Below, one piece after another: positions 19,066 through 28,515 of a stretch of DNA of 64,000 nucleotides. Origin of the DNA: Candidatus Saccharimonadota bacterium (GTDB lineage: Bacteria; Patescibacteriota; Saccharimonadia; Saccharimonadales; JACDBH01). The stretch lies in assembly GCA_028289135.1 (NCBI GenBank), contig JAQGGW010000004.1, forward strand, positions 758 through 64,757. The letters are read 5' to 3'. Position 1 is the first letter of the stretch. Each line of letters starts with the position of its first letter. The notes beneath the pieces were generated by a model, which saw only the letters and a program-made list of their open reading frames with translations, was not told where the DNA came from and ran no database searches. A program made the translations under genes and the position numbers.

Positions 19066-19746
19066 TTACTGGCCGATGCCAATAGCGCCCTTGAGCTTAA
19101 CGGAAAAGCTGTCTTCTCCAGGGCCGTTTAGGCCGCCGCAGGTTGCTGGATCTTGTTTGGCGTCAACTGCGGCCGCAGTGGAGGCAACGGTCTTAAACTG
19201 TGCGCTTACATCTTCGTCGGTTGGGCCATAGCTAATCAAAAGCCGGTCTTTGTCACTAATAATCTTATTGTCTACGCGCTCAACTGTTTCGCCGTTTAGC
19301 ATATATTTAACGGTTGATGTGTCGGTGTTGGCGTACATCGTCTCGTCGGTATGGATGTAGTCTGGGCCTATGCTCCAGCCGATGTTTTCAAAGAAGTCTT
19401 GGTAGGTTACGCGCTTGTCGTGGACGTGAATAACATCATTTACATTGTCATGCATGTGCGTCCGACCCTTAACATTGTTGTCATAAGCCGAGGTGCAGGC
19501 GGCGACTTCTTCATAAAATCCGGGGCCGTCAAACTCTTCGCGCGCGCCATTAATATAAACAGCGAAGTTGGCATGATAATGCGTCTCGGCAGGGTGCACC
19601 AGCAAAAATCGTAAAGCACCAAACCACAGCACGCCAGCCACAAAACCAATCAGCAAAAGAGACATGCCAGGGACATTACGGCGGAATTTAGTAAGCAGCT
19701 TGCGCGGAAGAGGTACTGATTTTTCTGGAAGTGGTTTTTTAGCCAT
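19066..19746 (-). CDS. Membrane-anchored His-rich hypothetical protein
   Basis: One TM, then HYHANF and HMHD...HVH; start reassigned to MAKKP at 19746. Confidence 0.75.
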   Translation of the reverse strand: MAKKPLPEKSVPLPRKLLTKFRRNVPGMSLLLIGFVAGVLWFGALRFLLVHPAETHYHANFAVYINGAREEFDGPGFYEEVAACTSAYDNNVKGRTHMHDNVNDVIHVHDKRVTYQDFFENIGWSIGPDYIHTDETMYANTDTSTVKYMLNGETVERVDNKIISDKDRLLISYGPTDEDVSAQFKTVASTAAAVDAKQDPATCGGLNGPGEDSFSVKLKGAIGIGQ

Positions 19747-19802
19747 ATGTTTAGTGTAACAAATTATACGTATGTCTGAGTGAAATCGGGTATAATATGT
19801 GC

Positions 19803-20015
19803 ATGTATTTCGCCGACGACTCAATGCAGGGAATGGACATGCACCCAATAGCTACCACAACACATGCCCATACGGTGACTCCAAGCGGCCTTGAGAGCCC
19901 GGCAGTAGCATTTCCGATTGTTACTCTTGCAGCTGTTGCTGTCATGCTTGCAGCCTATTGGCTTTTGAAGCGTTTTACATCTTGGCAGTTCCCGAATAAT
20001 AAGAAAGGTTTATAG
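19803..20015 (+). CDS. Small single-TM protein
   Basis: TATAAT at 19791-19796 precedes the ATG; one hydrophobic helix; adjacent to the redoxin. Confidence 0.6.
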   Translation: MYFADDSMQGMDMHPIATTTHAHTVTPSGLESPAVAFPIVTLAAVAVMLAAYWLLKRFTSWQFPNNKKGL

Positions 20016-20017
20016 CA

Positions 20018-20254
20018 ATGGTTACCGTTTACAGTGCAACATGGTGCGCATTTTGCCACGCCGCAAAGCAGTATTTCGATAAAATTGGGGTCAAATACGA
20101 AGATAAAGACGTCGAAAAAGACCCCAAAAACGCCCAGGAATCAGTCGAAAAGTCTAACCAGATGGGCATCCCGGTTATAGACATCGACGGAACGATTATT
20201 ATTGGTTTTGATAAGCCCAAAATTGACGCCGCGTTGGCTGCTCACGCTCAATAA
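20018..20254 (+). CDS. Glutaredoxin-like NrdH-redoxin
   Basis: WCAFC, GIPVIDIDG...GFD. Confidence 0.9.
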   Translation: MVTVYSATWCAFCHAAKQYFDKIGVKYEDKDVEKDPKNAQESVEKSNQMGIPVIDIDGTIIIGFDKPKIDAALAAHAQ

Positions 20255-20314
20255 TAACTGCATATAGTGATAAATATCACAGCCTGACCACCACCCATAG
20301 CGTATTTTTAGATT

Positions 20315-20788
20315 ATGGCAACACCAGAAGTCATAGGTACACCACCGCCAGGGTTTTTATTATCAATGAATAATCAAGCACGATATGCTGACGCATTTAC
20401 GACTGTGCGAGCGGTGGGCGAAAGAGCGACAAGATTTTTTAATGAAGCATGGATACTGGGCAACGATGGCCTGCTTAGATACATGAATCATGCCCTAGAA
20501 ACTGTTCCTTTAGTTGGGCCACAAGAAGAGGAAGCATATGCGAAATGGTTTGCCAAAGACATTCCGACAATGGTGCAAGCGGGTTTAGAACGCCCGCTAC
20601 TAAAGCGAACCGACTGGGCTGAGCTAAGCCGCATTGGAGACCCTGCGGCATATATTGTTGGCGTATTTGAAAGAAAACGCCCGGAGGTATTAAATCCTCG
20701 TAATACATCGGCTATGAAAGCCGCGTTTACCGCTTATAGCGTCTTTGCCGGTGGCATTCATAAATACCGGAATTTCGAGGACGTATAG
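20315..20788 (+). CDS. Hypothetical protein (orphan)
   Basis: 157-aa ORF filling the gap; no motif. Confidence 0.65.
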   Translation: MATPEVIGTPPPGFLLSMNNQARYADAFTTVRAVGERATRFFNEAWILGNDGLLRYMNHALETVPLVGPQEEEAYAKWFAKDIPTMVQAGLERPLLKRTDWAELSRIGDPAAYIVGVFERKRPEVLNPRNTSAMKAAFTAYSVFAGGIHKYRNFEDV

Positions 20789-20831
20789 TTCTTTACTCAG
20801 CAGCCCAAAACACGGTATGCTAAGAGTACTT

Positions 20832-21407
20832 ATGGCGTTTGAGGATTTTAAAACAAAAGAGTCGGTCGTGTTGGTTTATACCGGCGAGGGCAAAGGCAAA
20901 ACATCTGCCAGCGTGGGGCTGATGGCGCGCGCATTAGGACGGGGGTGGAAAGTGGCCTATGTGCAATTTGTAAAAACCTGGGAAACAGGCGAGTCGCAGT
21001 TTATTGCCAAACTGCTAGAATCTAAAGTTTTTGAAGATAAATTGGTTTATTTTAGAGGCGGCAAAGGATTTTATAACGCCGGTGATTTAAGCGCCAAAGA
21101 TGTTAGCGAAAACGAGCATAAAGAAGCCGCCCGTACCACTTATGAATTTGCACTTAAATGCATTAAAGACCCATCGTTTGACCTAATTATCTGCGATGAA
21201 ATCAACAACTCCGTGCATGATGGCCTTTTGCCAAAGGCTAGCCTCAAAAAGCTCCTAACCAGCCGCGGCGCAGGTACTAGCATTTGTGTAACTGGGCGTA
21301 ACTTCCCAGAGGACCTTTTGCCGCTAATGGACATAGCCACCAACATGACCAAAATTAAGCACCACTTTGATGATAAATTTTTGGCTAACAAAGGTATTGA
21401 TTACTAA
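20832..21407 (+). CDS. cobO: Cob(I)alamin adenosyltransferase (CobO/BtuR family)
   Basis: VYTGEGKGKTSAS, QFVK, DEIN, TGR, KGIDY; start MAFED at 20832. Confidence 0.9.
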   Translation: MAFEDFKTKESVVLVYTGEGKGKTSASVGLMARALGRGWKVAYVQFVKTWETGESQFIAKLLESKVFEDKLVYFRGGKGFYNAGDLSAKDVSENEHKEAARTTYEFALKCIKDPSFDLIICDEINNSVHDGLLPKASLKKLLTSRGAGTSICVTGRNFPEDLLPLMDIATNMTKIKHHFDDKFLANKGIDY

Positions 21408-22402
21408 TGTTTGCAGCAACTGCAGTTCAAAGCCTCAACATCCACGCAGCATGGTGGCACTGGGCGCTACTCGGCGGCTGGTTTTTATTTTTGATCCTTT
21501 TTGACATTTTGGTTGTGCACCGCAAAGACCATGTGCCGACGCTTAAAACGGCCGTCCAACAGAGTGCAGTGTGGATCGCGCTTGGCGTTGCACTTGGTTT
21601 AGTGGTATTTGCGGCCTATGGACATGAAGCGGGCAGCCAGTATTTTAGCGGCTATTTGATAGAGAAATCATTGTCTGTCGATAACGTGTTTGCGTGGTCA
21701 GTGATATTGGGCTACTTTAAGGTGCCAAAAGAGTATCAGCACCGGGTGTTGTTCTGGGGGATATTTGGCGCGCTAATTATGCGCACTGTGTTTGTTTTTG
21801 CCGGCATTTCATTGATTAACCACTTCGAACCAATCTTGCTCGTTTTTGGAATCCTGCTCTGTTTTAGCGGCTACAAACTTCTTAAAACCCGCGAAGAAGA
21901 TGAATTTGACCCAAGCAAAAGCAAGCTTTTTAAAACAATTAAAAAAGTTATTCCTGTTAGCCATGGCTTGGACGGCCACAAATTGTTCACAGCCGAAAAT
22001 GGAAAACGGGTTGCCACCATGCTGTTTATGGCGTTGCTTGTCATAGAAATCACTGATGTAATCTTTGCCGTGGACAGCGTTCCGGCAATCTTGGCCATTT
22101 CGCGTGATCCTTTCATTGTGTTGGCCAGCAATGCCGCCGCCATCTTGGGTCTCCGCGCACTATATTTTGTGTTTGAGTTTATTAAGGATAAGTTCTGGAT
22201 GCTAAATAAAGCGCTCGGCGTTTTGCTGTTCTTTATTGGTGTAAAAATGTTTATAACGCCTGAGAAAATTTTTGGCCACGCTTGGCTGTATGTTCACATT
22301 TCAACGGGAATCAGCCTGATAATTATTGGCCTTATGCTTGCAGTTGGCATAGTCGGTTCATTACTCTATCCTCAGGCCACAAATCCCACACCAGCTAAGT
22401 AA
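21407..22402 (+). CDS. TerC/Alx-family membrane protein
   Basis: IEKSLSVDN, QHRVLFWGIFGA, DVIFAVDSVPA, SNAAAILGLRALYF. Confidence 0.93.
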   Translation: MFAATAVQSLNIHAAWWHWALLGGWFLFLILFDILVVHRKDHVPTLKTAVQQSAVWIALGVALGLVVFAAYGHEAGSQYFSGYLIEKSLSVDNVFAWSVILGYFKVPKEYQHRVLFWGIFGALIMRTVFVFAGISLINHFEPILLVFGILLCFSGYKLLKTREEDEFDPSKSKLFKTIKKVIPVSHGLDGHKLFTAENGKRVATMLFMALLVIEITDVIFAVDSVPAILAISRDPFIVLASNAAAILGLRALYFVFEFIKDKFWMLNKALGVLLFFIGVKMFITPEKIFGHAWLYVHISTGISLIIIGLMLAVGIVGSLLYPQATNPTPAK

Positions 22403-22434
22403 ATGTGGGCAAAGCCCAGCATTATACTTAGCCT

Positions 22435-22542
22435 CTCGGCTCATTTCGGCTTGAGACTTTGCGGTGCGCAGAAGCAGTACCCACATGTACAACTTCTTTG
22501 CGCTTCGCAGCCTCGCACCGAAATGAGCTCGAGTGTGGAATC
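22435..22542. repeat. Long palindromic element, family B copy 1
   Basis: CTCGGCTCATTTCGG...CCGAAATGAGCTCGAG; alignable with 61466-61590. Confidence 0.8.
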
Positions 22543-22560
22543 TGTGGTAAGCTCACCACT

Positions 22561-23151
22561 ATGAAAAGATTACTGACAAGCCGGGACAGGCGTAAATTAC
22601 TGTCATTTGGGATTAGCCTGATTATATTAGGCGGCACGGCTATTGCCCAAAAACAGGGGTGGCTGCACAAAGCGGCAGCCACTGTACAGCAAGTCCAGCC
22701 AGGTACATATAAAGTCGTGGAGTTTGTTGACGGCGACACGATTGCGGTCGACATGAACGGGAAAACCGAAAAACTTCGGTTCATTGGAGTTGATACGCCA
22801 GAAACCCATGACCCCCGTAAAGCCGTGCAGTGTTTTGGCGTTAAAGCCGCGGCATTTACAAAAGGCTTGATCGGCAGCAACAATGTCCGGTTAGAAAGCG
22901 ACCCGCTTGGCACCAACCGCGACCGCTACGACCGCCTGCTGCGCTACATCTACCTCCCAGACGGCACACTGGTAAACGCCGAGATAATCAAACAGGGCTA
23001 CGGCTTTGCTTACACTGGCTTTCCGTTTACCAAATCTGATGAGTTTTTGGCCGACCAAAAAGCCGCCCGCGAAGGCAACAAGGGCCTTTGGAATAGCTGC
23101 ACACCAACAGCCAATCAGTACGGTGGATTTACGAGCAACAATGCCAACTAA
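22561..23151 (+). CDS. Membrane-anchored thermonuclease (SNase family)
   Basis: VDGDT, RFIGVDTPE, DRYDRLLRY, GLW; start MKRLL at 22561. Confidence 0.92.
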   Translation: MKRLLTSRDRRKLLSFGISLIILGGTAIAQKQGWLHKAAATVQQVQPGTYKVVEFVDGDTIAVDMNGKTEKLRFIGVDTPETHDPRKAVQCFGVKAAAFTKGLIGSNNVRLESDPLGTNRDRYDRLLRYIYLPDGTLVNAEIIKQGYGFAYTGFPFTKSDEFLADQKAAREGNKGLWNSCTPTANQYGGFTSNNAN

Positions 23152-23888
23152 AGCAGGGAGGCGTGGCCGGCAACGTCATGAACGCGGATATATGCCGCAC
23201 CGTGTTCCTTGGCAATTCTACCAGCCGCCAAATTAACCTCGTTATCCAAACGTTTTTCACCTAAGAATCTTTTGCGCGAATAGCCAATCATAACCTTATA
23301 CTCCGGCACTTCTTCGGCAAACTTTAGCAGTTTTTCGTTAAGCGCCATTGTTTTGCCAAAACCAACGCCCGGGTCAAGAATTATCTGCTCACGGCTTAAA
23401 CCCTTGCTCATCAGTAGCTCAGCTTTAGCCAAAAGGTCACGCTTAACCTGTTCAACCGTCGAAACAGGGTCGCTGGCGTGTGCCGCCTGAATATCCGCCC
23501 CAGGCAAATGGCTAATAATCACCGTAGGCTTAAGCTCAGAAACAGCCTCAACCATGCCAGGGTTATTCATCCCAGTAACGTCATTAATAATTACCGGCCC
23601 CAAACTAAGAGCCCGGTGCACGGTTTCTGGGTGATAAGTGTCAACTGAGATTTTGCCCGAATATAGTACTAATAACTCCCTAAGAACTGGCTCCAGCCGC
23701 AGCCATTCTTCGTCCGGTGTTAAAGCCACAGCGTGCGGCCGCGTGGACTCCGCACCCACGTCAACCATTGCGGCGCCGTCTGTAAACAGCTTTTTAGCCT
23801 GGGCAAGTGCTGCGGCCGGGTCAAAAAAGTTACCACCGTCCGTAAAGCTGTCGGGCGTGACGTTTAAAATTCCTACAAGTTTTACCAT
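23148..23888 (-). CDS. folP: Dihydropteroate synthase
   Basis: GILNVTPDSF, DVGAESTRP, DPGVGFGK, SRKRF, IRVHDV; start at 23888. Confidence 0.93.
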   Translation of the reverse strand: MVKLVGILNVTPDSFTDGGNFFDPAAALAQAKKLFTDGAAMVDVGAESTRPHAVALTPDEEWLRLEPVLRELLVLYSGKISVDTYHPETVHRALSLGPVIINDVTGMNNPGMVEAVSELKPTVIISHLPGADIQAAHASDPVSTVEQVKRDLLAKAELLMSKGLSREQIILDPGVGFGKTMALNEKLLKFAEEVPEYKVMIGYSRKRFLGEKRLDNEVNLAAGRIAKEHGAAYIRVHDVAGHASLL

Positions 23889-23923
23889 CCAGTCATAGTA
23901 GCAAAAACAGGCTAAAACACCGC

Positions 23924-24733
23924 CTAATTCGAACTTTTGCCGCCAAAAAGCCCGCTGACAAAGTTTAAGAAAAAGACAAAATAGTAGCCACCATAAACCA
24001 CATAAACCCCAACCCAGCCCAGCCAGGCTCGTTTTAGCTTGTGCAGATAAAGCGTCCGCGGCCACATTTTTAGATAAATCATGTGTTTGGCGCGGGTGTC
24101 ACGCTTGGCGCTCAGCAGCCGCGAATCAACGCCGACTTTGAGCCCGGCTTGATAGGTAATCTTGTAGCCGTGTTCGTGCAGGTGGATCGCCAAGTCCATA
24201 TCCTCATGGATAGTTGGCAAGTTATGCACTTCATTCTTAACGTCATCCCACAGCTTTTTATTGAATGCCATGTTTGAGCCCCAGGCGATGTAGTAGCCCA
24301 TAATAAAGCGGTTGGTGCGGAATGCGATCTGTCCCTGGATCCAGCCAAAAAATTTGGGCAGTTTTAGGTCATAAAAATACGAACCGCCGGTTAGCAAATG
24401 GTTAGGATACTTTTCGATATAAGAGCGTACATGCCGTACCCAGTGGCGGGGGATACGGCTGTCGGCATCAATCCGGCCGATGATGTCGCCGCGCGCCGCA
24501 TTAAAGCCAACATTGCGGGCATAGGCGATTCCTTGTTCATGCGCATGGAGCACCGTTACAAATGGAAATGTTTTGGCGATAGCTACGGAGTTGTCGGTTG
24601 AGTTGTTGTCCACGACCAACACTTCAAGCGGAGCCTCATACTGGGCCGCAATTGCATCAAGGCACGCTTTAATGTGGTCTTGCTCGTTATAAACTGGTAT
24701 AACTAATGTAAGCGTAAGCATTTTATCTATCAT
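23924..24733 (-). CDS. Family 2 glycosyltransferase
   Basis: VIPVYNE, VVDNNSTD, ARNVG, DAD, HEDMD. Confidence 0.9.
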   Translation of the reverse strand: MIDKMLTLTLVIPVYNEQDHIKACLDAIAAQYEAPLEVLVVDNNSTDNSVAIAKTFPFVTVLHAHEQGIAYARNVGFNAARGDIIGRIDADSRIPRHWVRHVRSYIEKYPNHLLTGGSYFYDLKLPKFFGWIQGQIAFRTNRFIMGYYIAWGSNMAFNKKLWDDVKNEVHNLPTIHEDMDLAIHLHEHGYKITYQAGLKVGVDSRLLSAKRDTRAKHMIYLKMWPRTLYLHKLKRAWLGWVGVYVVYGGYYFVFFLNFVSGLFGGKSSN

Positions 24734-24749
24734 AGTTCTTACCTACATT

Positions 24750-25913
24750 ATGGCACAGAAAAAACCCACAACTCATCGCAAAACACCCCCGGTTGGCTTT
24801 TGGCAGCAAGCCTGGGGCCGCTTTACGGACTGGACCGTAAAACACCACTTCTTTAAACGGCTTTTTATCGGCTTTTTTGCTTTGCTTATCCTGGCCGTCA
24901 GCTCGATGTACGGCATTGCCCAGTGGTATATTCATAGCAACTCAAACAAACCGCTTGTTGTGGGCGCAACCTTTGTACCAGATTACGCGCGTTATTTTGG
25001 CCTTGACCCTAAAACTACTTTTAGCGCCATTGTTAACGACTTGGGCGTTAAAAACGTCCGCTTGGTGAGTTATTGGGATAATATAGAGCCTGCACAGGGG
25101 AGTTATAACTTCGACGAACTTGACTGGCAGTTTAAAATGGCCGAGGATGCCGGCATTAAGGTATCTTTGGCGCTGGGGCTAAGGCAGCCGCGCTGGCCAG
25201 AATGCCACGAACCAACTTGGGCCACCAAACTGCTCGACAAATCTTGGGAGCAGCCGCTTTATGACTACATGAGCGCCGTTGTAAACCGCTATAAAAACAG
25301 CCCGGCATTGGACAGCTACCAGTTGGAAAACGAATTTTTCTTAAAAGCTTTTGGCGAATGCCACGACTTTAGCCGCGATCGCTTAGTGCATGAGTTTAAT
25401 ATGGTCAAGGCGCTTGATCCTGTCCACACACTGGTGGTCAGCATGAGCAATAATGCCATCGGCACGCCAATTGGCGACCCAACGCCAGACGAGTGGTCCA
25501 TATCGGTATACAAGCGCGTCTGGGACAAAACAATCACCAAGCGCTACTTCGAATATCCAATCCCGGCCTGGTACTACGCTTTTCGCGCAGGGTTCACCAA
25601 AATCACCCGCGGGCATGATTCATTTATCCACGAACTCCAAACAGAGCCCTGGACGCCGGATAGCTTTACGGGCGGCATTACCGGCACACCGCTGGCCGAA
25701 CAAGACAAATCAATGAATGCCGAAATTTTAACCAACCGCATACAGTACGCCCAAGCAACTGGCATGAAAACCGTCTATCTCTGGGGGGTCGAGTGGTGGT
25801 ACTGGCGCATGACGGTAAAAAACGACCCGAGCATTTGGATAGCCGGCCGCAGTAAAATCCAAGAGATCAATGACCACAACCAAACAATCCTTAGCAAATT
25901 GTCGAAGAAGTAA
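24750..25913 (+). CDS. Membrane-anchored clan GH-A glycoside hydrolase (beta-galactosidase/GH5-like)
   Basis: WDNIEP..GSYNF, ENE acid/base motif, ELQTEPW, N-terminal TM. Confidence 0.7.
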   Translation: MAQKKPTTHRKTPPVGFWQQAWGRFTDWTVKHHFFKRLFIGFFALLILAVSSMYGIAQWYIHSNSNKPLVVGATFVPDYARYFGLDPKTTFSAIVNDLGVKNVRLVSYWDNIEPAQGSYNFDELDWQFKMAEDAGIKVSLALGLRQPRWPECHEPTWATKLLDKSWEQPLYDYMSAVVNRYKNSPALDSYQLENEFFLKAFGECHDFSRDRLVHEFNMVKALDPVHTLVVSMSNNAIGTPIGDPTPDEWSISVYKRVWDKTITKRYFEYPIPAWYYAFRAGFTKITRGHDSFIHELQTEPWTPDSFTGGITGTPLAEQDKSMNAEILTNRIQYAQATGMKTVYLWGVEWWYWRMTVKNDPSIWIAGRSKIQEINDHNQTILSKLSKK

Positions 25914-25987
25914 CTGTTTTAAGCCATAATTTATAGCATAATTATACCATTGTTGTCAATGCTTGTGCTTTAAGATATACTACAGAG

Positions 25988-26446
25988 ATGGCAAAGAAGA
26001 AAAAACATACAAGCGGTGTCGTCGCCAACAAACGGGCGTTTTTTGACTATACCATCTCGCAGCCGCTGGTTGCCGGGATTGCTTTGACGGGCCCGGAAGT
26101 TCGCAGTATCCGTTCTTCCCATGCCAGCTTGGTTGGCGCTTTTGTGACCATCAAAGACGGGGAAGCCTATCTGTTAAATGCCCAAGTAATGCCGCTTAAG
26201 ACCAATGCCGCGCACTTGCCAAGCGAAATGCAGATCCGCACACGTAAACTACTGCTTAAAAAACGCCAGCTTGAAGATTTGGCCCAGGCGAAGCAGCAGG
26301 GCTACACTATTATTCCGCTCAAAATCCTTACCAAAGGCAAATTTATAAAAGTCGAGATTGCACTTGCAAAGGGTAAGCGGCAGTACGACAAACGTGAAAG
26401 CATAAAAAAACGCGACACAGCGCGTGATATTGCTCGTAATATTTAG
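25988..26446 (+). CDS. smpB: SsrA-binding protein
   Basis: NKRAFFDY, GIALTGPEVRS, RTRKLLL, KGKRQYDKRE. Confidence 0.96.
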   Translation: MAKKKKHTSGVVANKRAFFDYTISQPLVAGIALTGPEVRSIRSSHASLVGAFVTIKDGEAYLLNAQVMPLKTNAAHLPSEMQIRTRKLLLKKRQLEDLAQAKQQGYTIIPLKILTKGKFIKVEIALAKGKRQYDKRESIKKRDTARDIARNI

Positions 26447-26451
26447 TTAGC

Positions 26452-26682
26452 TTATGAGTATAGGGTAGAGAAGTCTGGTGAATCGACAACTGTGTGAGTT
26501 GGCGCGTTTTGATATGGTATATCTTTTGAGGTCTCTGAAATACCAAAAGCAAGCGAAGCAGCTCCAATCATCACAATAGCCCGGTATATAATTCCGTGGC
26601 TACGTAGGTTGTTATAAGCATCGACAACAGGTGTTTGAGCCGACGAGCTATCTTCTTGCATCCAGTTTTGATTATGGTTCAT
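26452..26682 (-). CDS. Small single-TM hypothetical protein
   Basis: 76-aa ORF with one hydrophobic stretch, just downstream of pyrH. Confidence 0.5.
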   Translation of the reverse strand: MNHNQNWMQEDSSSAQTPVVDAYNNLRSHGIIYRAIVMIGAASLAFGISETSKDIPYQNAPTHTVVDSPDFSTLYS

Positions 26683-26692
26683 AAAATAGCAG

Positions 26693-27397
26693 TTAACTGA
26701 TCAGCGTTCCGACTCTTTCGCCTTCAACAATCTTCTGCAAATTGCCGGGCATCATCATGTCAAACACAATAACTTTGACGTTATGCTCGGCGGCCAGGCC
26801 TAGTGCCGCCCGGTCCATCACCTTGATATCAACATTTTCAATCGCGGACTGGAGTGACATTTCTTCAAGTTTAACGGCGTCAGGGAACTGGGCGGGATCT
26901 TTGTCATAAACGCCGTCAACTTTGGATGCTTTAATTGTTAGTTCGCAGTCCAGCTCAAGCGCCATCATCACAGCAGCGGTGTCGTGCGTTACATATGGGC
27001 GGCCGCTGCCGCCGGCGATGATTAGCACACGGCCTTTGCGAAGGTGCTTTTCGGCCAAGCGGTAAGAGTAAGACTCAGCAACTTGGGCGGCATAAAGGTT
27101 GCTAACACAGCGCGTCTCAATACCTTCTGATTCAAAAATGTCGGTTAGCGCCATGGCGTTCATGAGCCCAGACAACATTCCCATTTGGTCGGCAGTAACG
27201 CGGCGGATACCGTTTCCAGCCGCTTCGGCGCCGCGTACCATGTTGCCGCCGCCAGCAATAATAATAATTTCACAGCCCTCGGCAGTCGCTTTTTTGATTT
27301 CTTGGGCCAAATAACGAGCAACCTCGGGGTCAATACCAAAACCGTGCTTGCCAGCAAGTTGTTCGCCCGATAGTTTGAGAAGTACTCGTTTATACAT
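26693..27397 (-). CDS. pyrH: Uridylate kinase
   Basis: KRVLLKLSGE, GGGN, DQMGM, VDGVYDKDP, VMD; start MYKRV at 27397. Confidence 0.95.
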   Translation of the reverse strand: MYKRVLLKLSGEQLAGKHGFGIDPEVARYLAQEIKKATAEGCEIIIIAGGGNMVRGAEAAGNGIRRVTADQMGMLSGLMNAMALTDIFESEGIETRCVSNLYAAQVAESYSYRLAEKHLRKGRVLIIAGGSGRPYVTHDTAAVMMALELDCELTIKASKVDGVYDKDPAQFPDAVKLEEMSLQSAIENVDIKVMDRAALGLAAEHNVKVIVFDMMMPGNLQKIVEGERVGTLIS

Positions 27398-27464
27398 AAA
27401 TCTGGGATTAAGCTTAACAGATATATAAACGCTTGTCAAAGTGCTAAATATATTACTTTATGTA

Positions 27465-27650
27465 TTATTTTGTTGCTGGATTTGCTGGCGGTACTTCGAT
27501 ATAAGTCGCAATAACTGCACGGTCTGTGTTACTTTCGGCTACCTCTGCTAAAACTGATCCAATTGCGATTATACCAATTATGGGCACCCAAAACCCGTGA
27601 AAAGGACCATAAGTTCTTTCATTTTCATTATTATTATTATTTATACTCAT
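27465..27650 (-). CDS. Small single-TM hypothetical protein
   Basis: 61-aa ORF, poly-Asn start, one TM, TATAAT just upstream. Confidence 0.5.
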   Translation of the reverse strand: MSINNNNNENERTYGPFHGFWVPIIGIIAIGSVLAEVAESNTDRAVIATYIEVPPANPATK

Positions 27651-27705
27651 TAATATTATTATAACATTTCTAGTAAGAGAGCACGAATAAAGTTATACTA
27701 ACAGC

Positions 27706-28515
27706 ATGAAAATATACTCGTGGAACGTTAACGGCATCAGGGCAGTGTGGACCAAAGGTTTGTTTCAAAAGTTTATCGAAGAAGAGCAGCCGGATATTGT
27801 TTGTTTGCAAGAAACAAAGTCGTTGCAAGAGCAAGCCGAAGTTGAGCTGCCGGGCTACACCGAATTTTGGAATTCGGCCGAAAAAAAGGGCTACAGCGGG
27901 ACGGCTATTTTTACCAAAACAAAACCTCTTTCGGTTGTAAATGGGCTCCCAATTAAAATCGACAAACAGTTTGGGCTTGAAGAAGACACCTATGGAGACA
28001 AAACCGGCAACCCAAACAAAGAAGGCCGCATTACCACTGCTGAATTTGACGAATTCTATCTCGTCACGGTCTATACGCCCAACAGCAAGGGCGACCTATC
28101 GCGCCTCCAACTCCGACACAAAAGCTGGGATCCAGCCTTTTTGACCTATTGCAAAATCCTGGAGCAGCATAAACCAGTTATTTTCTGCGGCGACCTAAAT
28201 GTTGCCCACACCGAGGATGACCTGGCCAACCCGAAAGCAAACATTGGCAAGCACGGCTTTACGGACGAAGAACGCGAAGGCTTCCAGAAGTTTTTAGATG
28301 CCGGATTTGTGGACACGTTCCGCATGTTTACGGCTGGTAACGGGCATTATAGCTGGTGGACGCATTGGGCAAATGCCCGAGCACGCAATGTAGGGTGGCG
28401 GATTGATTATTTCTTGGTTTCCGAAAGCCTCAAGGACAAGATTGTGAGCGCCGAAATCCATACCAAAGTAATGGGAAGCGACCACTGCCCAGTTAGCATC
28501 GAGCTCAACATCTAG
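27706..28515 (+). CDS. xth: Exodeoxyribonuclease III
   Basis: SWNVNG, LQETK, GYSG, GDLNVAH, GWRIDY, SDHCP. Confidence 0.96.
   Translation: MKIYSWNVNGIRAVWTKGLFQKFIEEEQPDIVCLQETKSLQEQAEVELPGYTEFWNSAEKKGYSGTAIFTKTKPLSVVNGLPIKIDKQFGLEEDTYGDKTGNPNKEGRITTAEFDEFYLVTVYTPNSKGDLSRLQLRHKSWDPAFLTYCKILEQHKPVIFCGDLNVAHTEDDLANPKANIGKHGFTDEEREGFQKFLDAGFVDTFRMFTAGNGHYSWWTHWANARARNVGWRIDYFLVSESLKDKIVSAEIHTKVMGSDHCPVSIELNI

Noticed and set aside
25913..26700. tmRNA near smpB
   Set aside because: No tRNA-Ala-like ends and no room in the adjacent spacers.
27940..28025. Extra loop in Xth (GLPIKIDKQFGLEEDTYGDKTGNP) as a palindromic insert
   Set aside because: No inverted-repeat structure visible in the DNA.
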